DNA of 64,000 bases. It comes from a bacterium (GTDB lineage Bacteria > Hinthialibacterota > Hinthialibacteria > Hinthialibacterales > Hinthialibacteraceae). Below are positions 1 to 10,297 of this stretch, one piece after another. A program made the position numbers and the translations under genes. The notes below the pieces were generated by a model, which worked only from the letters and a program-made list of their open reading frames with translations, ran no database searches and was not told the DNA's origin. The stretch's first letter is position 1, and each line of letters opens with the position of its first letter. The stretch spans positions 96,001 to 160,000 of the forward strand of contig CAXXSM010000149.1 in the NCBI GenBank assembly GCA_963663405.2, in the 5' to 3' direction.

Positions 1-986
1 AATTCTTGTTCAATCCAATTTCGCCCAAAGTCGACATTCAAAGGAAAGGTTTGTTCAAATGCGGTTTTAGTGGAATCTTTTTCAACAAAACAGATTTGAA
101 GTGATACACTAGGATTTAGTTTTTTAATAGTCCAAGCGTTTTTAAATTGATGTTTCATGCCGCTGCCCCAACTGTGTAATTGATGTTGCAAGGATTGCGT
201 GTTCGCAAGGACTTCTATGTTAAGCCGTATAACCGCTTTGTCATTGGATAATGCTTGTGTAGTAAGAAAAGGCCTTTCGATATGGATTTTGGGCACAATT
301 TCAATGCGCGCGCCTTGCCACATCCCTACGGTATACCATGGTTCGGCGCCGGAGCCTCCCGTGAATTCCCATGGCTTAATAATTTTTCCGGGTGTTCTTG
401 AGTGATTTGGACTCTCTTTTTTCCCGGATTGTATTTCTATGATAATTTCATTTTTCTGCCCATATTGTATAGTCTCACTAATCTCAATTGCAGGACCCCC
501 AAACATCCCTTCATGCCGGCCGAGATAGGATCCGTTGATCCAAACTTTGGAAAGGTAATCAACACCATCAAAACAAAGAAATAGATAGTTGCCTTTTGAT
601 TCTTCTGGGATCGTCACTTTTTTACGATAGTACCACGTAACGTCTTCCACCCACTCATATTTTTTAGAATTGAGATGTTTATAAAAATCCGGTAATTTCC
701 CAGAGCGGTATAAAGCCCAATGAACTGTACCGGGTCTTTCTGCAATTATCCAATCCTCCACATTCTTTAAATCATTTAATGTATGAATTGGCGAATCCAA
801 ATGTCCAAGTTCCCAATCAGTTTCCAGCGAAATATGCTGATTCCCAATACGTGGTGTTATAAAAAAGGGTTGACATAGCATATCATTGGATTCGTTGGTT
901 TGTTCTGCGTCAATTAGGTTGACAAATGCAACCGTAATGATAAGAAGAAAGATGAATACTTTATACATACAATTTGACACAAACAT
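1..986 (-). CDS. GH2 family glycoside hydrolase (beta-mannosidase-like), N-terminal part; runs off the left edge
   Basis: Not in the ORF track; translated by hand from ATG at 986 (RBS AGGAGG ~992-997). Signal peptide MFVSNCMYKVFIFLLIITVAFVNLIDA, then GH2 sugar-binding-domain motifs WYYRKKV, LFLCFDGVDYLSKVWINGSYLGRHEGMF and GMWQGARIE. Confidence 0.8.
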   Translation of the reverse strand, partial: MFVSNCMYKVFIFLLIITVAFVNLIDAEQTNESNDMLCQPFFITPRIGNQHISLETDWELGHLDSPIHTLNDLKNVEDWIIAERPGTVHWALYRSGKLPDFYKHLNSKKYEWVEDVTWYYRKKVTIPEESKGNYLFLCFDGVDYLSKVWINGSYLGRHEGMFGGPAIEISETIQYGQKNEIIIEIQSGKKESPNHSRTPGKIIKPWEFTGGSGAEPWYTVGMWQGARIEIVPKIHIERPFLTTQALSNDKAVIRLNIEVLANTQSLQHQLHSWGSGMKHQFKNAWTIKKLNPSVSLQICFVEKDSTKTAFEQTFPLNVDFGRNWIEQE

Positions 987-1159
987 GAAATTCCTCCTTT
1001 TCTTTAATTTTAGTTTCAATTTCTTAACGCAACGCCAGTGACAATTGAATACTCTATCTAGAATAACCTAGGTGGGATTTTGAAATCAAGTGTCTTTCTT
1101 GGACAAGAATTCTATCACTTCAGCTGGCTGATCAATTACGTATTATTCAAACGATCACA

Positions 1160-2587
1160 TTACCGTTTCCCGACAAAATAACCGAAAGGTCCCATGTCAA
1201 ACGTTAGTTTGTTATTTGAAGCGTTAAACTTTGCGGCGTCTGAAAGAATTGGATGGAATTTCCCTGATAAGTCAATTTGGATGTTGTTTGGACGATTTGT
1301 TAAACTGATAACGATCAAAATTTCCTCCCCTTCTGCACAACGTAGAAACGAAATCACCGAGTCAGGTTGATCATTGTCAAGCCAGATCACTTCACCGGAA
1401 TTAAGGACTATCTCATTTCGACGCAGTTGACAAAGTTTCTGATAGAATGCGAACCTTATCTTTGCCTTCGGAAGACAAGCGGCTTCCCAACGCACTGGCC
1501 AAAATGTAAAGATTGTTTGTGGTGAAGTGTCGCCAATCTCCTGTCCGTTGTAAAGCATCGGCACGCCGTCAAGCATAAAATTCAGTACAGAGACAGCGGC
1601 CGCGCCTCGTTCGCTGAAGATCACCTCAGCGCGCATCCGATTGTTAACAATATCGTGATTCTCCGTATAGCGAATAAAACGAGCGCCACGCGGACGTTCG
1701 CTACGCATCTTATCCCAGGTTGTTTGTAATATGGATGCTGGTTCGCCGCGCAAAAATACGTCATGGATGGCGTTTAGCCATGTGAAACTGTAACTAATAT
1801 CAAAAGCTTTAATTTGATCTCTTTGCCGTTCACCCTCAGCGAGCAGCACTAGATCGGATCGGATCTTGACAAGCCGTTCACGGGCGCCCTCCCAGAAATC
1901 CAGCGGGATTCCACTCGAAACATCGCAGCGGAAACCATCCACATCAAAATCAATAATCCAATATTGCATGTTTGCCCAAAGGTATTCGCGAAGCTCTTGA
2001 TTGTTGAAATCGAGGACAGGAAAATTCCATTTGCCTTTCACGACATTCCCATCCGAATCTTGCTTGAGATATTCTGGATGCTTTTCCACCAAAACCGATG
2101 TCGGTCCGCAATGCAAGTAGACAAGATCCATTAGTACGCGCATTTCCAACTGATGAGCTTTATCGATAAATTTCCGTAAATCTTCTTTTGTTCCATATTC
2201 GGGATCGATACTGTAGTAGTCTTTGATGCGATACGGATTTCGTGGATTGTTTGTCCCGGATGCTTTTTGACGCGTACTCCAGAATTCCTTGCGCATGTCA
2301 TCATCCTGAAGATTAACCGGGCAAAGGTAGATGATGTTGGCCCCGAGTTCAGAAATCGTATCTAGGTAGTCAGTCGCAGCCTTAAACGGTTCCTCTGGCG
2401 AAAATGAGCGCAGAAAAACCTGGTACATAACGCCTTGGTTCAACCATTCCGGAGTAGATTTCGCATGGAGTGAGTTTAAATCCGTGGTTGATTCAGCGTA
2501 CAAACTGGATTGAATTGAAGTTTGAAAAATACCTGCCAAAATAACGATTAGAGTGATAAAAAATGGTCTGAGTTTCATCATCAACAC
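1160..2587 (-). CDS. Secreted GH13 alpha-amylase/cyclomaltodextrinase-like glycosidase
   Basis: Signal peptide; MYQVFLRSF, DYYSIDPEYGT, MDLVYLH, DGFRCDV (nucleophile), LLAE (acid/base), YTENHD, GVPMLYNGQE. Confidence 0.9.
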   Translation of the reverse strand: MLMMKLRPFFITLIVILAGIFQTSIQSSLYAESTTDLNSLHAKSTPEWLNQGVMYQVFLRSFSPEEPFKAATDYLDTISELGANIIYLCPVNLQDDDMRKEFWSTRQKASGTNNPRNPYRIKDYYSIDPEYGTKEDLRKFIDKAHQLEMRVLMDLVYLHCGPTSVLVEKHPEYLKQDSDGNVVKGKWNFPVLDFNNQELREYLWANMQYWIIDFDVDGFRCDVSSGIPLDFWEGARERLVKIRSDLVLLAEGERQRDQIKAFDISYSFTWLNAIHDVFLRGEPASILQTTWDKMRSERPRGARFIRYTENHDIVNNRMRAEVIFSERGAAAVSVLNFMLDGVPMLYNGQEIGDTSPQTIFTFWPVRWEAACLPKAKIRFAFYQKLCQLRRNEIVLNSGEVIWLDNDQPDSVISFLRCAEGEEILIVISLTNRPNNIQIDLSGKFHPILSDAAKFNASNNKLTFDMGPFGYFVGKR

Positions 2588-2657
2588 TTTTATCTCCTTT
2601 CAATGAGTTAAATAATTAAGTAGGCTGGGAATTCTGTCTCGTTTTCCAAGACATTGA

Positions 2658-4619
2658 CCTGAGTTTTCCAATCCGCCCCTATCCCCCTAAATAACACATT
2701 GATTTACAATCAGTTATGAGATTAGTTAGTGTATGGTAACCGCCTTTCTATGGAACCAAGATCGAACAGGTCCCAGAGTTGTTGTTGAACCGAACTCCGG
2801 TGTGACACATTCATGTCGACATTCTTGAGATCGTAAATCATCAGAATCTCTTTCAAATCGATCAATTCTTCTTTCAGCACGGCGGCGCTCATCTGGAGGC
2901 CAGCACGGGCGGTTTTCTGCAGCATGACTTGAATGAGAACCAACGCCATCACACAACAAAATCCAAACGCCCGGATTTTCGTATCCGTCCAATGCCGCCC
3001 CGGCCGCCAGCGGATTAATTCCGGATCTTTGAGCAGTTTGAAATCGTATTCAATACGTTCTTTGCTCAAGTATTGCGTGAGAATCCAATGACTTTCCGCC
3101 TTCGGATCCGAACAGAAAAGTAAGTTTTTTCCCCATCGTTTTCGTTGGCTGTCGACGGCCTCCGTTTCAGCAAAAACTAACTTTCCTTTTTTATACGCCA
3201 CCGTGATGTACTTGCCAAACCGGCTCTCCTCGATCCGGCGGCGAATTTTCTTGGGAATCCTTTTCGGACGGCGTTTGTAAGAATCCCATAGATTGACGAT
3301 CTCCCGCTTGAGCTTATCGATCCCATTCTGAAGGGTATGTTCTTGTTTCCGGGCTAAGTCTGGATTGTAGGTTAGTACCAGCGCGCAATCCACGCCAAAC
3401 ACAGTCCGTTGACAACGGTGAAAACGGTGCGTTGTTGTGGCTCCCTCGTAGTTCTTTAAGGGGAGATCGAGCAGATCTTGATAGTGCGAAGGGACCAAAC
3501 TGCCTACCCAGTGAAGTTTTCCGTGCAACGAGGTAAAATTGTCTTGGCTGTTATTGCCTTTATCCAAGACCAGAACCATGGTTTCGACCGTCTTGAAACT
3601 GGCTTGGAGACGGGCGATGAGATCGTCGATCAACCCGGCAAACGTTTTACTGTCATGCGCGTTGCCCCGGTAGAGAGTGTGGAACAGAGGAATCCCCCAT
3701 TCCTTCTCCACACACATCGCCAGTCCGACTTGTTTCAGGTGATGATGAGAGTCTTTATTGTGACCGGTCTTCGGCAAGAGAGCGCGGACCGGTTCTTCAA
3801 TGTATGTAAAAAAGTTTGTCGTGTCGTAGAAGAACACCTGTTTCGAGAGGTCGAATTGCTGCTGCAGATTGTCGATCAGGCTTTCTTCGATGGTTCGGAA
3901 AGTCGAATCCTCCAAGCCAACAAACAGGTCCTTGGCCAGTTCGGGATCTTCCTTCCGCCGTTCCCGCAACTCCTTTTCGCTGATGATGTCATCCGTGACG
4001 TACCAGAAGGTTTTGCTGTTGAATTTTTTGGGATCGAAATCGAGCAAGTCCGGCAAGATCGTCCCCGCCGCCCAATCGCCCATTTTTTGTTTGCTGGTCG
4101 CATGCTGCAATCGGTTGATGATGGGGAGGAGGAAGTAAAGCCAACGCGGCGCTCCGAAACGTTCACCGGGGATATGTTCTTTGAGAAGAGAAACGAGTCC
4201 GGTTTCGACCGCGGTTTGATAGACGGCCGCGACAAAGCCAAATTCTCGATGGCGCGTCTCCAGCGGTCCGTTTCGTTGTTTCAGCCGTTGGTAGATGGAT
4301 TCCGCCGTGCCGAGATATTCCGTGCGGGTGCGGACCCGGCTTTTCCCCGAGCCTCGCGTTTTCCCCCGCTGGTTCGGATCGATTTTCTCCCGCCAGGAGA
4401 TTTGGTAGTAATAGTAGGTGTTTCCATGAATGGTTTTCGCATAGAGATGACTGGCCATAATAGTCCCTCAACCGTAGAATGTAACATTACATAAGGTATT
4501 ATATACAATAATATCAATACAATCAATAACATTTTTGTAACACTACACTATTGGAGAGGATAACTCGAGTAAATTGAGCGTGTTGGACGATTTAATTATT
4601 TGTAAATAGAAAACTCAGG
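2658..4619 (-). mobile_element. IS1634-family insertion sequence, apparently intact (1962 bp)
   Basis: Terminal inverted repeats CCTGAGTTTTC (2658-2668) and GAAAACTCAGG (4609-4619); 5-bp target duplication ATTGA at 2653-2657 and 4620-4624; encloses a DDE transposase. Confidence 0.92.
2722..4458 (-). CDS. IS1634-family DDE transposase
   Basis: FYDTTNF, GHNKD..HLKQV, YRGNAHD, VLDKGN, Y..KERIEYDFKLLK, HWTDTKIRA motifs typical of IS1634. Confidence 0.92.
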   Translation of the reverse strand: MASHLYAKTIHGNTYYYYQISWREKIDPNQRGKTRGSGKSRVRTRTEYLGTAESIYQRLKQRNGPLETRHREFGFVAAVYQTAVETGLVSLLKEHIPGERFGAPRWLYFLLPIINRLQHATSKQKMGDWAAGTILPDLLDFDPKKFNSKTFWYVTDDIISEKELRERRKEDPELAKDLFVGLEDSTFRTIEESLIDNLQQQFDLSKQVFFYDTTNFFTYIEEPVRALLPKTGHNKDSHHHLKQVGLAMCVEKEWGIPLFHTLYRGNAHDSKTFAGLIDDLIARLQASFKTVETMVLVLDKGNNSQDNFTSLHGKLHWVGSLVPSHYQDLLDLPLKNYEGATTTHRFHRCQRTVFGVDCALVLTYNPDLARKQEHTLQNGIDKLKREIVNLWDSYKRRPKRIPKKIRRRIEESRFGKYITVAYKKGKLVFAETEAVDSQRKRWGKNLLFCSDPKAESHWILTQYLSKERIEYDFKLLKDPELIRWRPGRHWTDTKIRAFGFCCVMALVLIQVMLQKTARAGLQMSAAVLKEELIDLKEILMIYDLKNVDMNVSHRSSVQQQLWDLFDLGSIERRLPYTN

Positions 4620-4697
4620 ATTGAAATCCCAGCCCGTTTACGAAAGCAAATGATTTTCAATACGTAATGACTATCAAATCAATATTACAGGATTGAA

Positions 4698-7388
4698 TTA
4701 ATAAAGCGGCCAATTGCCAATGGGAGTATCTAACTGCATCAATTCGATGACAGCCCATCCCGTTTCGTCGTTTTTATAGGCGTCTGTGATCACGCCGTAA
4801 GCGTTCATGTGCCAATAAGCATAAAATCCATCAGAGGGATCGATCATTTTGAAATCAAAACCGATTATATTGCGGTCGGGTGGATCCAGCGCGACTGATT
4901 TATCTACGATGAATTCCACTACATAACCAGACATATCATCTTTGATGCGCGCTCCATAGTTCATATAGACGCCATTTGTCGTGTAATAAAAACCATCTCC
5001 TTCGATCGGAGTCGCTCCGTTGGGAACGGAACCATCGCCATAGTAGCCATGTCCATCAACGATAACTCCAATCCCAAATCCATACTGGTCTGCTTCTTTT
5101 CGGGTTAAACGTGAAAAATTGCCATCTAAATAAAGAACTGCTGAATCATTATTCCATCCTGTGCTTTGGTCGACAATAATATTAGGATCCAATACATCGG
5201 ATGCGATATAAATGAAATCCTGGTCATGAAGTAGATAGAGAACCGTATGCTGTACTTCAGGTGGATTTGTGTTGCCTGTGAGATGAACGCCAGGAGGTTC
5301 GCCGAATGGATTGTTCGCCGGATCTGGCACATAATTATCAAACATCTCTGTGTAAGCTTGGTCATATTCTCCATCACTGATTAAACCATCAAGAGTAATA
5401 TTGGCGTTTTCAACGAATGGCACACTGAAGATTATTGGTTGAATTTCATAATCACCAGCAATAGGGATTTCATCACCTGATGAATCAACGCTTGTTCCAT
5501 CGAACAATAAGCAAACTTTTTCAAAGCCACTAGCAGCCATATATTCAACATCATAGGACATTTGAGCGCTGCCGCTAAGATCGGATAGGGTCCATTCAAT
5601 CAAATCATCGGTTATAGAGAATTCACCATTGGTGACTGAAATATTCGTTGGAGTCACACCATCAGGTATGATTTCTTTAATGACTCCATTTATGGGAGAA
5701 TCTCCTGAAGAAACAGCATTGAGAATAATGTTTTCAATCACGCCATTTTCTGATGAATCATAATATGATACTGGAATTTCACGTGAAACATATAGATCAT
5801 ATTGAATGATTTCTACATCCGTGAAATCAGCAAAGCTGACATAATCCGGACCATTCCATGAAGTGACGCCAAGACCTACATAAACAGGATCTACTAAATT
5901 AAGTATATGGGTTTTAGCCAATTCTGTTTTTTCACCAGTTGAATAGTCCATGTAATAAACAGATACTACATCCCCTACTCGAAGGATTTCGATATCCCCG
6001 CCATGAACATCCACGGAAACATTTCCTACATTGTCCGCTTCTGTATCCGCCACTTTTTTTCTGGATTGCATTCGTAAATTATTGTTAGAAAGAAGTTGAG
6101 CGGAAGTATATACAGCGTCTGGCTCTAAGGAATCCCGGATAAACAATCCGGCGCGGGCATTGGCGCCGTCTCCAGATGCGAAATCTAAAAGTACATTGGC
6201 TTTCAACCGGAAGGGACCATTCATCTCATTAAATAGAAAATACATGTTGTCCGTACTCTCGATGCTTCCCCCTCCTGCGCTTAACTCATATCTACCATTT
6301 TCATATATGGGATCCAATCCTTGCAAGTCGGCGTTCCCAAGGAGTATTTGATGTTCAAAATCTCCCAAACCACCGGGTAACACGGCTTTTGTAAAATCGC
6401 CTAATATGGGAAGTTCACCGATTGTTCCGTATATACTCACCTGTTGATTGGAAATTATATCGACATTTTGAGGAATTAATTCGTAACTGACAGTAGTCAT
6501 TGAATCTGTCAAATTCCAAGTAATGGATGAGTCTGATAGAACACCACCATCACTTATATTCGATGTATCCCACCCATCGGGGATCATTTCTGTCAAAGTA
6601 GAGGAGGCTGGATTCGCAATATCGATGGATATTAGCGAAGGTTTTCCATTTTGGAATACTTCATCTTCGATCGTGCGCCATGCGATTGGAGATTGGAATT
6701 CATCGATAATGACATCCGTAATTTCTCCCACAGCTAAGAAATCGTCTTGTGAGTGACTGGTTATAGCGAATCCATAGGCTAATGTTTCTTCCATAGGCAA
6801 TACCATGGAATGACCTAACATCCAATTTTGACCATCGGTGGAAAATTCTGCAAATAACCAATCTTTTTCCGCCACCCGAGTAAGACGAAGCCACATCGAA
6901 CCACCATCAAGTGGAACAATATTTCCATCCTGATCTTGGAAGCGAGTGCGATCCACGCCAGGTGTTCCATCTAATTCCATACGCCATTGTGCGCTGGAGT
7001 ACTCCCATGTGCCTTTAGCCAAGGCGCCATAATACACTCCACCCGGTTCTTGGGGATGCTGTCGAATGATCGGACCGAATTTTGTCCAAGCTTCCGCTCC
7101 AGGATCGTTCCAAGTTACTTTTCCTGAAATGAAGTAACTCCCACTTCTTTCAGTGTAAGCAAAGAATCCTTCATCCTGGTTGTTCCAAATGTCACGGCCA
7201 TTTCCATAAATTGTGTAAATCGCGTCACGGCCAGAACCTTCAACAGTGATTTCTCCATCCGTTTTGTTTGTGTTTTCTTCCAATGTCCAATCTGCGGATT
7301 GGTCGAATAATCCAACGGCTCCGGAATTTTGGATAAAAATGAATAGTGCCAATAAAACAGTAGTGAAAAACAGTGATAGATATTTCAT
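4698..7388 (-). CDS. Large secreted acidic multidomain protein (two ConA/DUF1349-like modules, Ig-like spacers, C-terminal CBM9/DOMON-like module) ending in W-tail TPIGNWPLY
   Basis: Signal peptide; repeated GLFDQSADW..YTIYGNGRDIW..DEGFFAY / LGDFEHQ..YELSAGG..DNMYFLF modules; ITLDGLISDGEY..YLLHDQDFIYIA..D..LYLDG (CBM9-like). Domain names are by motif recall only. Confidence 0.75.
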   Translation of the reverse strand: MKYLSLFFTTVLLALFIFIQNSGAVGLFDQSADWTLEENTNKTDGEITVEGSGRDAIYTIYGNGRDIWNNQDEGFFAYTERSGSYFISGKVTWNDPGAEAWTKFGPIIRQHPQEPGGVYYGALAKGTWEYSSAQWRMELDGTPGVDRTRFQDQDGNIVPLDGGSMWLRLTRVAEKDWLFAEFSTDGQNWMLGHSMVLPMEETLAYGFAITSHSQDDFLAVGEITDVIIDEFQSPIAWRTIEDEVFQNGKPSLISIDIANPASSTLTEMIPDGWDTSNISDGGVLSDSSITWNLTDSMTTVSYELIPQNVDIISNQQVSIYGTIGELPILGDFTKAVLPGGLGDFEHQILLGNADLQGLDPIYENGRYELSAGGGSIESTDNMYFLFNEMNGPFRLKANVLLDFASGDGANARAGLFIRDSLEPDAVYTSAQLLSNNNLRMQSRKKVADTEADNVGNVSVDVHGGDIEILRVGDVVSVYYMDYSTGEKTELAKTHILNLVDPVYVGLGVTSWNGPDYVSFADFTDVEIIQYDLYVSREIPVSYYDSSENGVIENIILNAVSSGDSPINGVIKEIIPDGVTPTNISVTNGEFSITDDLIEWTLSDLSGSAQMSYDVEYMAASGFEKVCLLFDGTSVDSSGDEIPIAGDYEIQPIIFSVPFVENANITLDGLISDGEYDQAYTEMFDNYVPDPANNPFGEPPGVHLTGNTNPPEVQHTVLYLLHDQDFIYIASDVLDPNIIVDQSTGWNNDSAVLYLDGNFSRLTRKEADQYGFGIGVIVDGHGYYGDGSVPNGATPIEGDGFYYTTNGVYMNYGARIKDDMSGYVVEFIVDKSVALDPPDRNIIGFDFKMIDPSDGFYAYWHMNAYGVITDAYKNDETGWAVIELMQLDTPIGNWPLY

Positions 7389-7440
7389 CAGTAATCATTC
7401 CTCCTTAGTGGTCATGATTATACGAAGAACTGAATATAAG

Positions 7441-7548
7441 ATTATCAGACAAATTAGAGAAAGATTAACCGTTTGTCAATAGGATATTGAAACATTTTTA
7501 GAATTTTTTGATTTTCATCTTGATTTTTATTTTGTCTGATAATATGAT
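7441..7548. promoter_or_regulatory. Divergent sigma70-like promoters overlapped by two copies of a GntR/FadR-type operator
   Basis: TTTGTCTGATAAT at 7531-7543 (+) and 7441-7453 (-). Plus-strand promoter TTGATT(7520-7525)-17 bp-TATGAT(7543-7548); minus-strand promoter TTGACA(7479-7474)-17 bp-TAATTT(7456-7451). Confidence 0.65.
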
Positions 7549-7581
7549 AAATAGAATATCTCATAAAGAGGTGATTTTCAA

Positions 7582-8235
7582 ATGGGGATTATTAAAAATG
7601 GATTCACGTTAATTGAATTGTTAATCGTCGTTGCGATTATAGGTATTTTGGCGGCCATTGCTGTTCCCAATTTTATGAATGCGCAGGTTCGGGCCAAAAT
7701 AGCCAGATCTCAAGCGGATATGCGTTCGATCGGAACGGCGATTGAGTCATTTCGCATTGATAATGGCGCTTTATTGGTGGATTTTTATGATGAACAAGAT
7801 ACTGCGGCAATACAACGTTTACAAAAATGGGGATTATGTTCTGTTAACAATTTTGATGACGCCGTTAGGAATCAACGTTGCATATATGCTAATTTAACTT
7901 CTCCTGTAGCTTTTATTTCTGCAATACCTGATGATCCTTTTTTTGGTAAAATTAGCAACAATGTGACGGATCGTTTAATAGAGGCGTTTGCGGGTACTTA
8001 TATTTATTATGATAATGAAGCAGCCATCCCTGGAGATGACCATTATGTTCCGCTGTTGAGCGGTGATAATGGTAAGCCCTTCAATGTTAATCCTTTAGGA
8101 TTGAATCAATGGGTATTGTTGGGAATTGGTCCTGATTCGAGTATTGGCGACACAGATCTCAACAGAAGGGGAATCCCTTACGATGCGACAAATGGTCTTC
8201 GAAGTGAAGGCGATTTGATGACGAGAAGCGGGTGA
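7582..8235 (+). CDS. Prepilin-type N-terminal cleavage/methylation protein (GspG/pseudopilin-like), paralog 1
   Basis: KNG|FTLIELLIVVAIIGILAAIAVPNF class III signal peptide; LTSPVAFI..IPDDPF; GPD; YDATNGLRSEGDL. Confidence 0.88.
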   Translation: MGIIKNGFTLIELLIVVAIIGILAAIAVPNFMNAQVRAKIARSQADMRSIGTAIESFRIDNGALLVDFYDEQDTAAIQRLQKWGLCSVNNFDDAVRNQRCIYANLTSPVAFISAIPDDPFFGKISNNVTDRLIEAFAGTYIYYDNEAAIPGDDHYVPLLSGDNGKPFNVNPLGLNQWVLLGIGPDSSIGDTDLNRRGIPYDATNGLRSEGDLMTRSG

Positions 8236-8402
8236 TCAGATTCACTCAATTCATTGAATAATGAACATTCCATTGGTTTCTTCGAGTGTTTATATGTAAA
8301 TGAGTTCCTAAAGGCTTTCTCGTTCAAATTCGTTCCCGCAACTCATTTTCATTTGCAGGTTGTGATCTCGATCATGTTGGTTTATATGGATATAATACAT
8401 GA

Positions 8403-8417
8403 TTGTCTGATAATATG
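8403..8417 (+). promoter_or_regulatory. Third copy of the putative GntR operator, upstream of the regulator gene (autoregulation)
   Basis: TTGTCTGATAATATG is identical over 15 bp to 7532-7546. Confidence 0.65.
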
Positions 8418-8450
8418 TTATTTACTGACACGTTTAGAAGAAGGTAAAAA

Positions 8451-9209
8451 ATGTTCCAAGAATTGAAAAGAGAGAATCTGTCTAAGACTCTTGTTCGCGC
8501 ATTAAGCAAGTATATTTTAGAGAAAAATCTAAAACCGGGAGACAGGCTACCTACTGAGAAAGAATTATCCACGAGTTTTCAAGTTGGAAGAAGCGTAGTG
8601 CGTGAAGCATTGAAAGCATTGGAGATTATTGGATTAATCGTGTGCCGACCAGGTGTGGGAGCGGTTCTTTCGTCTGAGGGAGTCGATCCTTTCTTGCTGC
8701 CATTCGTTTTTGGATTTGTTCTTGAAGAATCCAAATTGAAAAGTTTATGCGAATTGCGATTAATCTTTGAACAAGGCGCCGCGCGATTGGCATGTGTTAA
8801 TTGCACTCTGGAAGAACAATCCAAATTAAAGGAAATCGCAGAAAATTTGGATGAAATCAAAGAAGTAACGTATGAAAATCCAACCGACGAAAACCAAAGG
8901 AAACTTTGTGAGTTGGAGATCAGTTTTCACCAGAAATTGGTACTTGCGTCGAAAAATTCTGTTCTAATGAAATTTGGCGCGCTATGGGAGATATTCTTCC
9001 TACATGCGTTGGAAACAGGTGATCTTGTTCGAGCGTCAAAAGCGGGACAGGAAAACCTTGTTACAAAGGTGAAACATACCGAAATCGTTGATGCGATATT
9101 AAAGAAGGAAGAAGATAAAGCCTCGGAACTGATCAAAATCCATCTGGTATACTGGCTGAAAAATTTAGCCTCTGTATCGAAAGAATCTTTGATTAAACTG
9201 ACTGGGTGA
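8451..9209 (+). CDS. GntR family (FadR/FCD) transcriptional regulator
   Basis: LKPGDRLPTEKELSTSFQVGRSVVREALKALE winged HTH; ELRLIFE and FHQKLVLASKN FCD motifs. Confidence 0.93.
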   Translation: MFQELKRENLSKTLVRALSKYILEKNLKPGDRLPTEKELSTSFQVGRSVVREALKALEIIGLIVCRPGVGAVLSSEGVDPFLLPFVFGFVLEESKLKSLCELRLIFEQGAARLACVNCTLEEQSKLKEIAENLDEIKEVTYENPTDENQRKLCELEISFHQKLVLASKNSVLMKFGALWEIFFLHALETGDLVRASKAGQENLVTKVKHTEIVDAILKKEEDKASELIKIHLVYWLKNLASVSKESLIKLTG

Positions 9210-9311
9210 CAATTTGTTATTACTGATGTATTAAACGATTCATTTTTTGATCTTAAACATATCTGGAATAGAGTTGTTTATTAGTAATTGGTAAGCCATC
9301 TGAAGTGATAG

Positions 9312-9425
9312 ATTCCTCTCCCAAGCCTGGGGGAGGTTAGCTGAGGGTTGATTCATCGATGTTCAACCCCCCTCTAACTCCCTCCAATAACAGGCGCTCG
9401 CGCCGGAGCATTAAGGGGGGAGAAT
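9312..9425. repeat. Intergenic imperfect palindromic (REP-like) element
   Basis: Inner arms GGAGGTTAGCTGAGGGTTGA and TCAACCCCCCTCTAACTCC; outer arms ATTCCTCTCCC and GGGGAGAAT. Confidence 0.5.
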
Positions 9426-9521
9426 TAGCTCAGCGACGCCTCGTAAATTGATTGTTGATATCTAATTATTTCATGTGACTGATATGATACAAAGTAACAA
9501 TCCAAATAAAAGAAGGTCATA

Positions 9522-10229
9522 ATGTCGAATACAAACTATAAACACGCTCCTTTAGAACTGGACTATGATGTAGTAAGCATAAATGAGAGATTCAGAAAAT
9601 TATATACGGGTTTGGTTTACGATGCTTGCGAACACTTTGGTTTACCGTGCACGGCAATGGAGAGTGGAATCTATCCTTTGATTCATACAATGAAAGTCGC
9701 AGGACCTGCATTCACGGTTCATTGTATATCCACGCCCAACCGAAATGAGGAGCTTCATGATATACGTCTTGGAATGTTGAAAAGCATGACGCCGGGTTGT
9801 ATCCAAATTCGGGACACACAAAACAACCAGAATTGCGGCCAGTTTGGTGAAATCAGCGCGACTGCCGCCCGTGCCGCTGGATGCGCTGGAGCTGTGATTG
9901 ATGGCAGTACGCGGGATAGCAATCACCTGATTGATATGGATTTTCCCACCTTTTGCCGGTTTCGAAATCCAGTCGAAGCGTTCGGACGGTTTATGGCTGT
10001 TGACTATCAGATTCCTATTTATGTTAAAGGAATTGACGGCCAGTTGATCGTTCACCCAGGAGATTACATCATTGGTGATAACGATGGGGTTGTTATTATT
10101 CCAAAGGATCACACTCTTCAAGTGTTGGAACAGGCCGAAACCTGGAAACAATCTGAATCCCAAAGCCGTGAAGCCATGGGAAATGGGATTGATCCCTTCG
10201 AAGTTTATGCAAAGTACGGGCGTTTTTAA
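9522..10229 (+). CDS. RraA-family / HMG-CHA aldolase-like protein
   Basis: KVAGPAFTV, FGEISATAA..AGCAGAVIDGSTRD, VHPGDYIIGDNDGVVIIP. Confidence 0.88.
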   Translation: MSNTNYKHAPLELDYDVVSINERFRKLYTGLVYDACEHFGLPCTAMESGIYPLIHTMKVAGPAFTVHCISTPNRNEELHDIRLGMLKSMTPGCIQIRDTQNNQNCGQFGEISATAARAAGCAGAVIDGSTRDSNHLIDMDFPTFCRFRNPVEAFGRFMAVDYQIPIYVKGIDGQLIVHPGDYIIGDNDGVVIIPKDHTLQVLEQAETWKQSESQSREAMGNGIDPFEVYAKYGRF

Positions 10230-10297
10230 CACATATACTTGCTCTTTCTTTTTTATCAAAAGAGAAAAGTATCTATCGACTTACAAGTAAGAATTTT

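Noticed and set aside
3478-4494. 338-aa plus-strand ORF
   Set aside because: Antisense shadow of the IS1634 transposase; no recognisable motifs.
7582-8235. Assigning gspG/pilA symbols to the pilin-like genes
   Set aside because: No T2SS/T4P assembly genes are adjacent; three divergent paralogs indicate an expanded family.
9642-10259. 205-aa minus-strand ORF and the many similar 60-210 aa overlapping ORFs (e.g. 56042-56680, 52496-53020, 62975-63478)
   Set aside because: They overlap well-supported genes on the opposite strand or in another frame and lack motifs.
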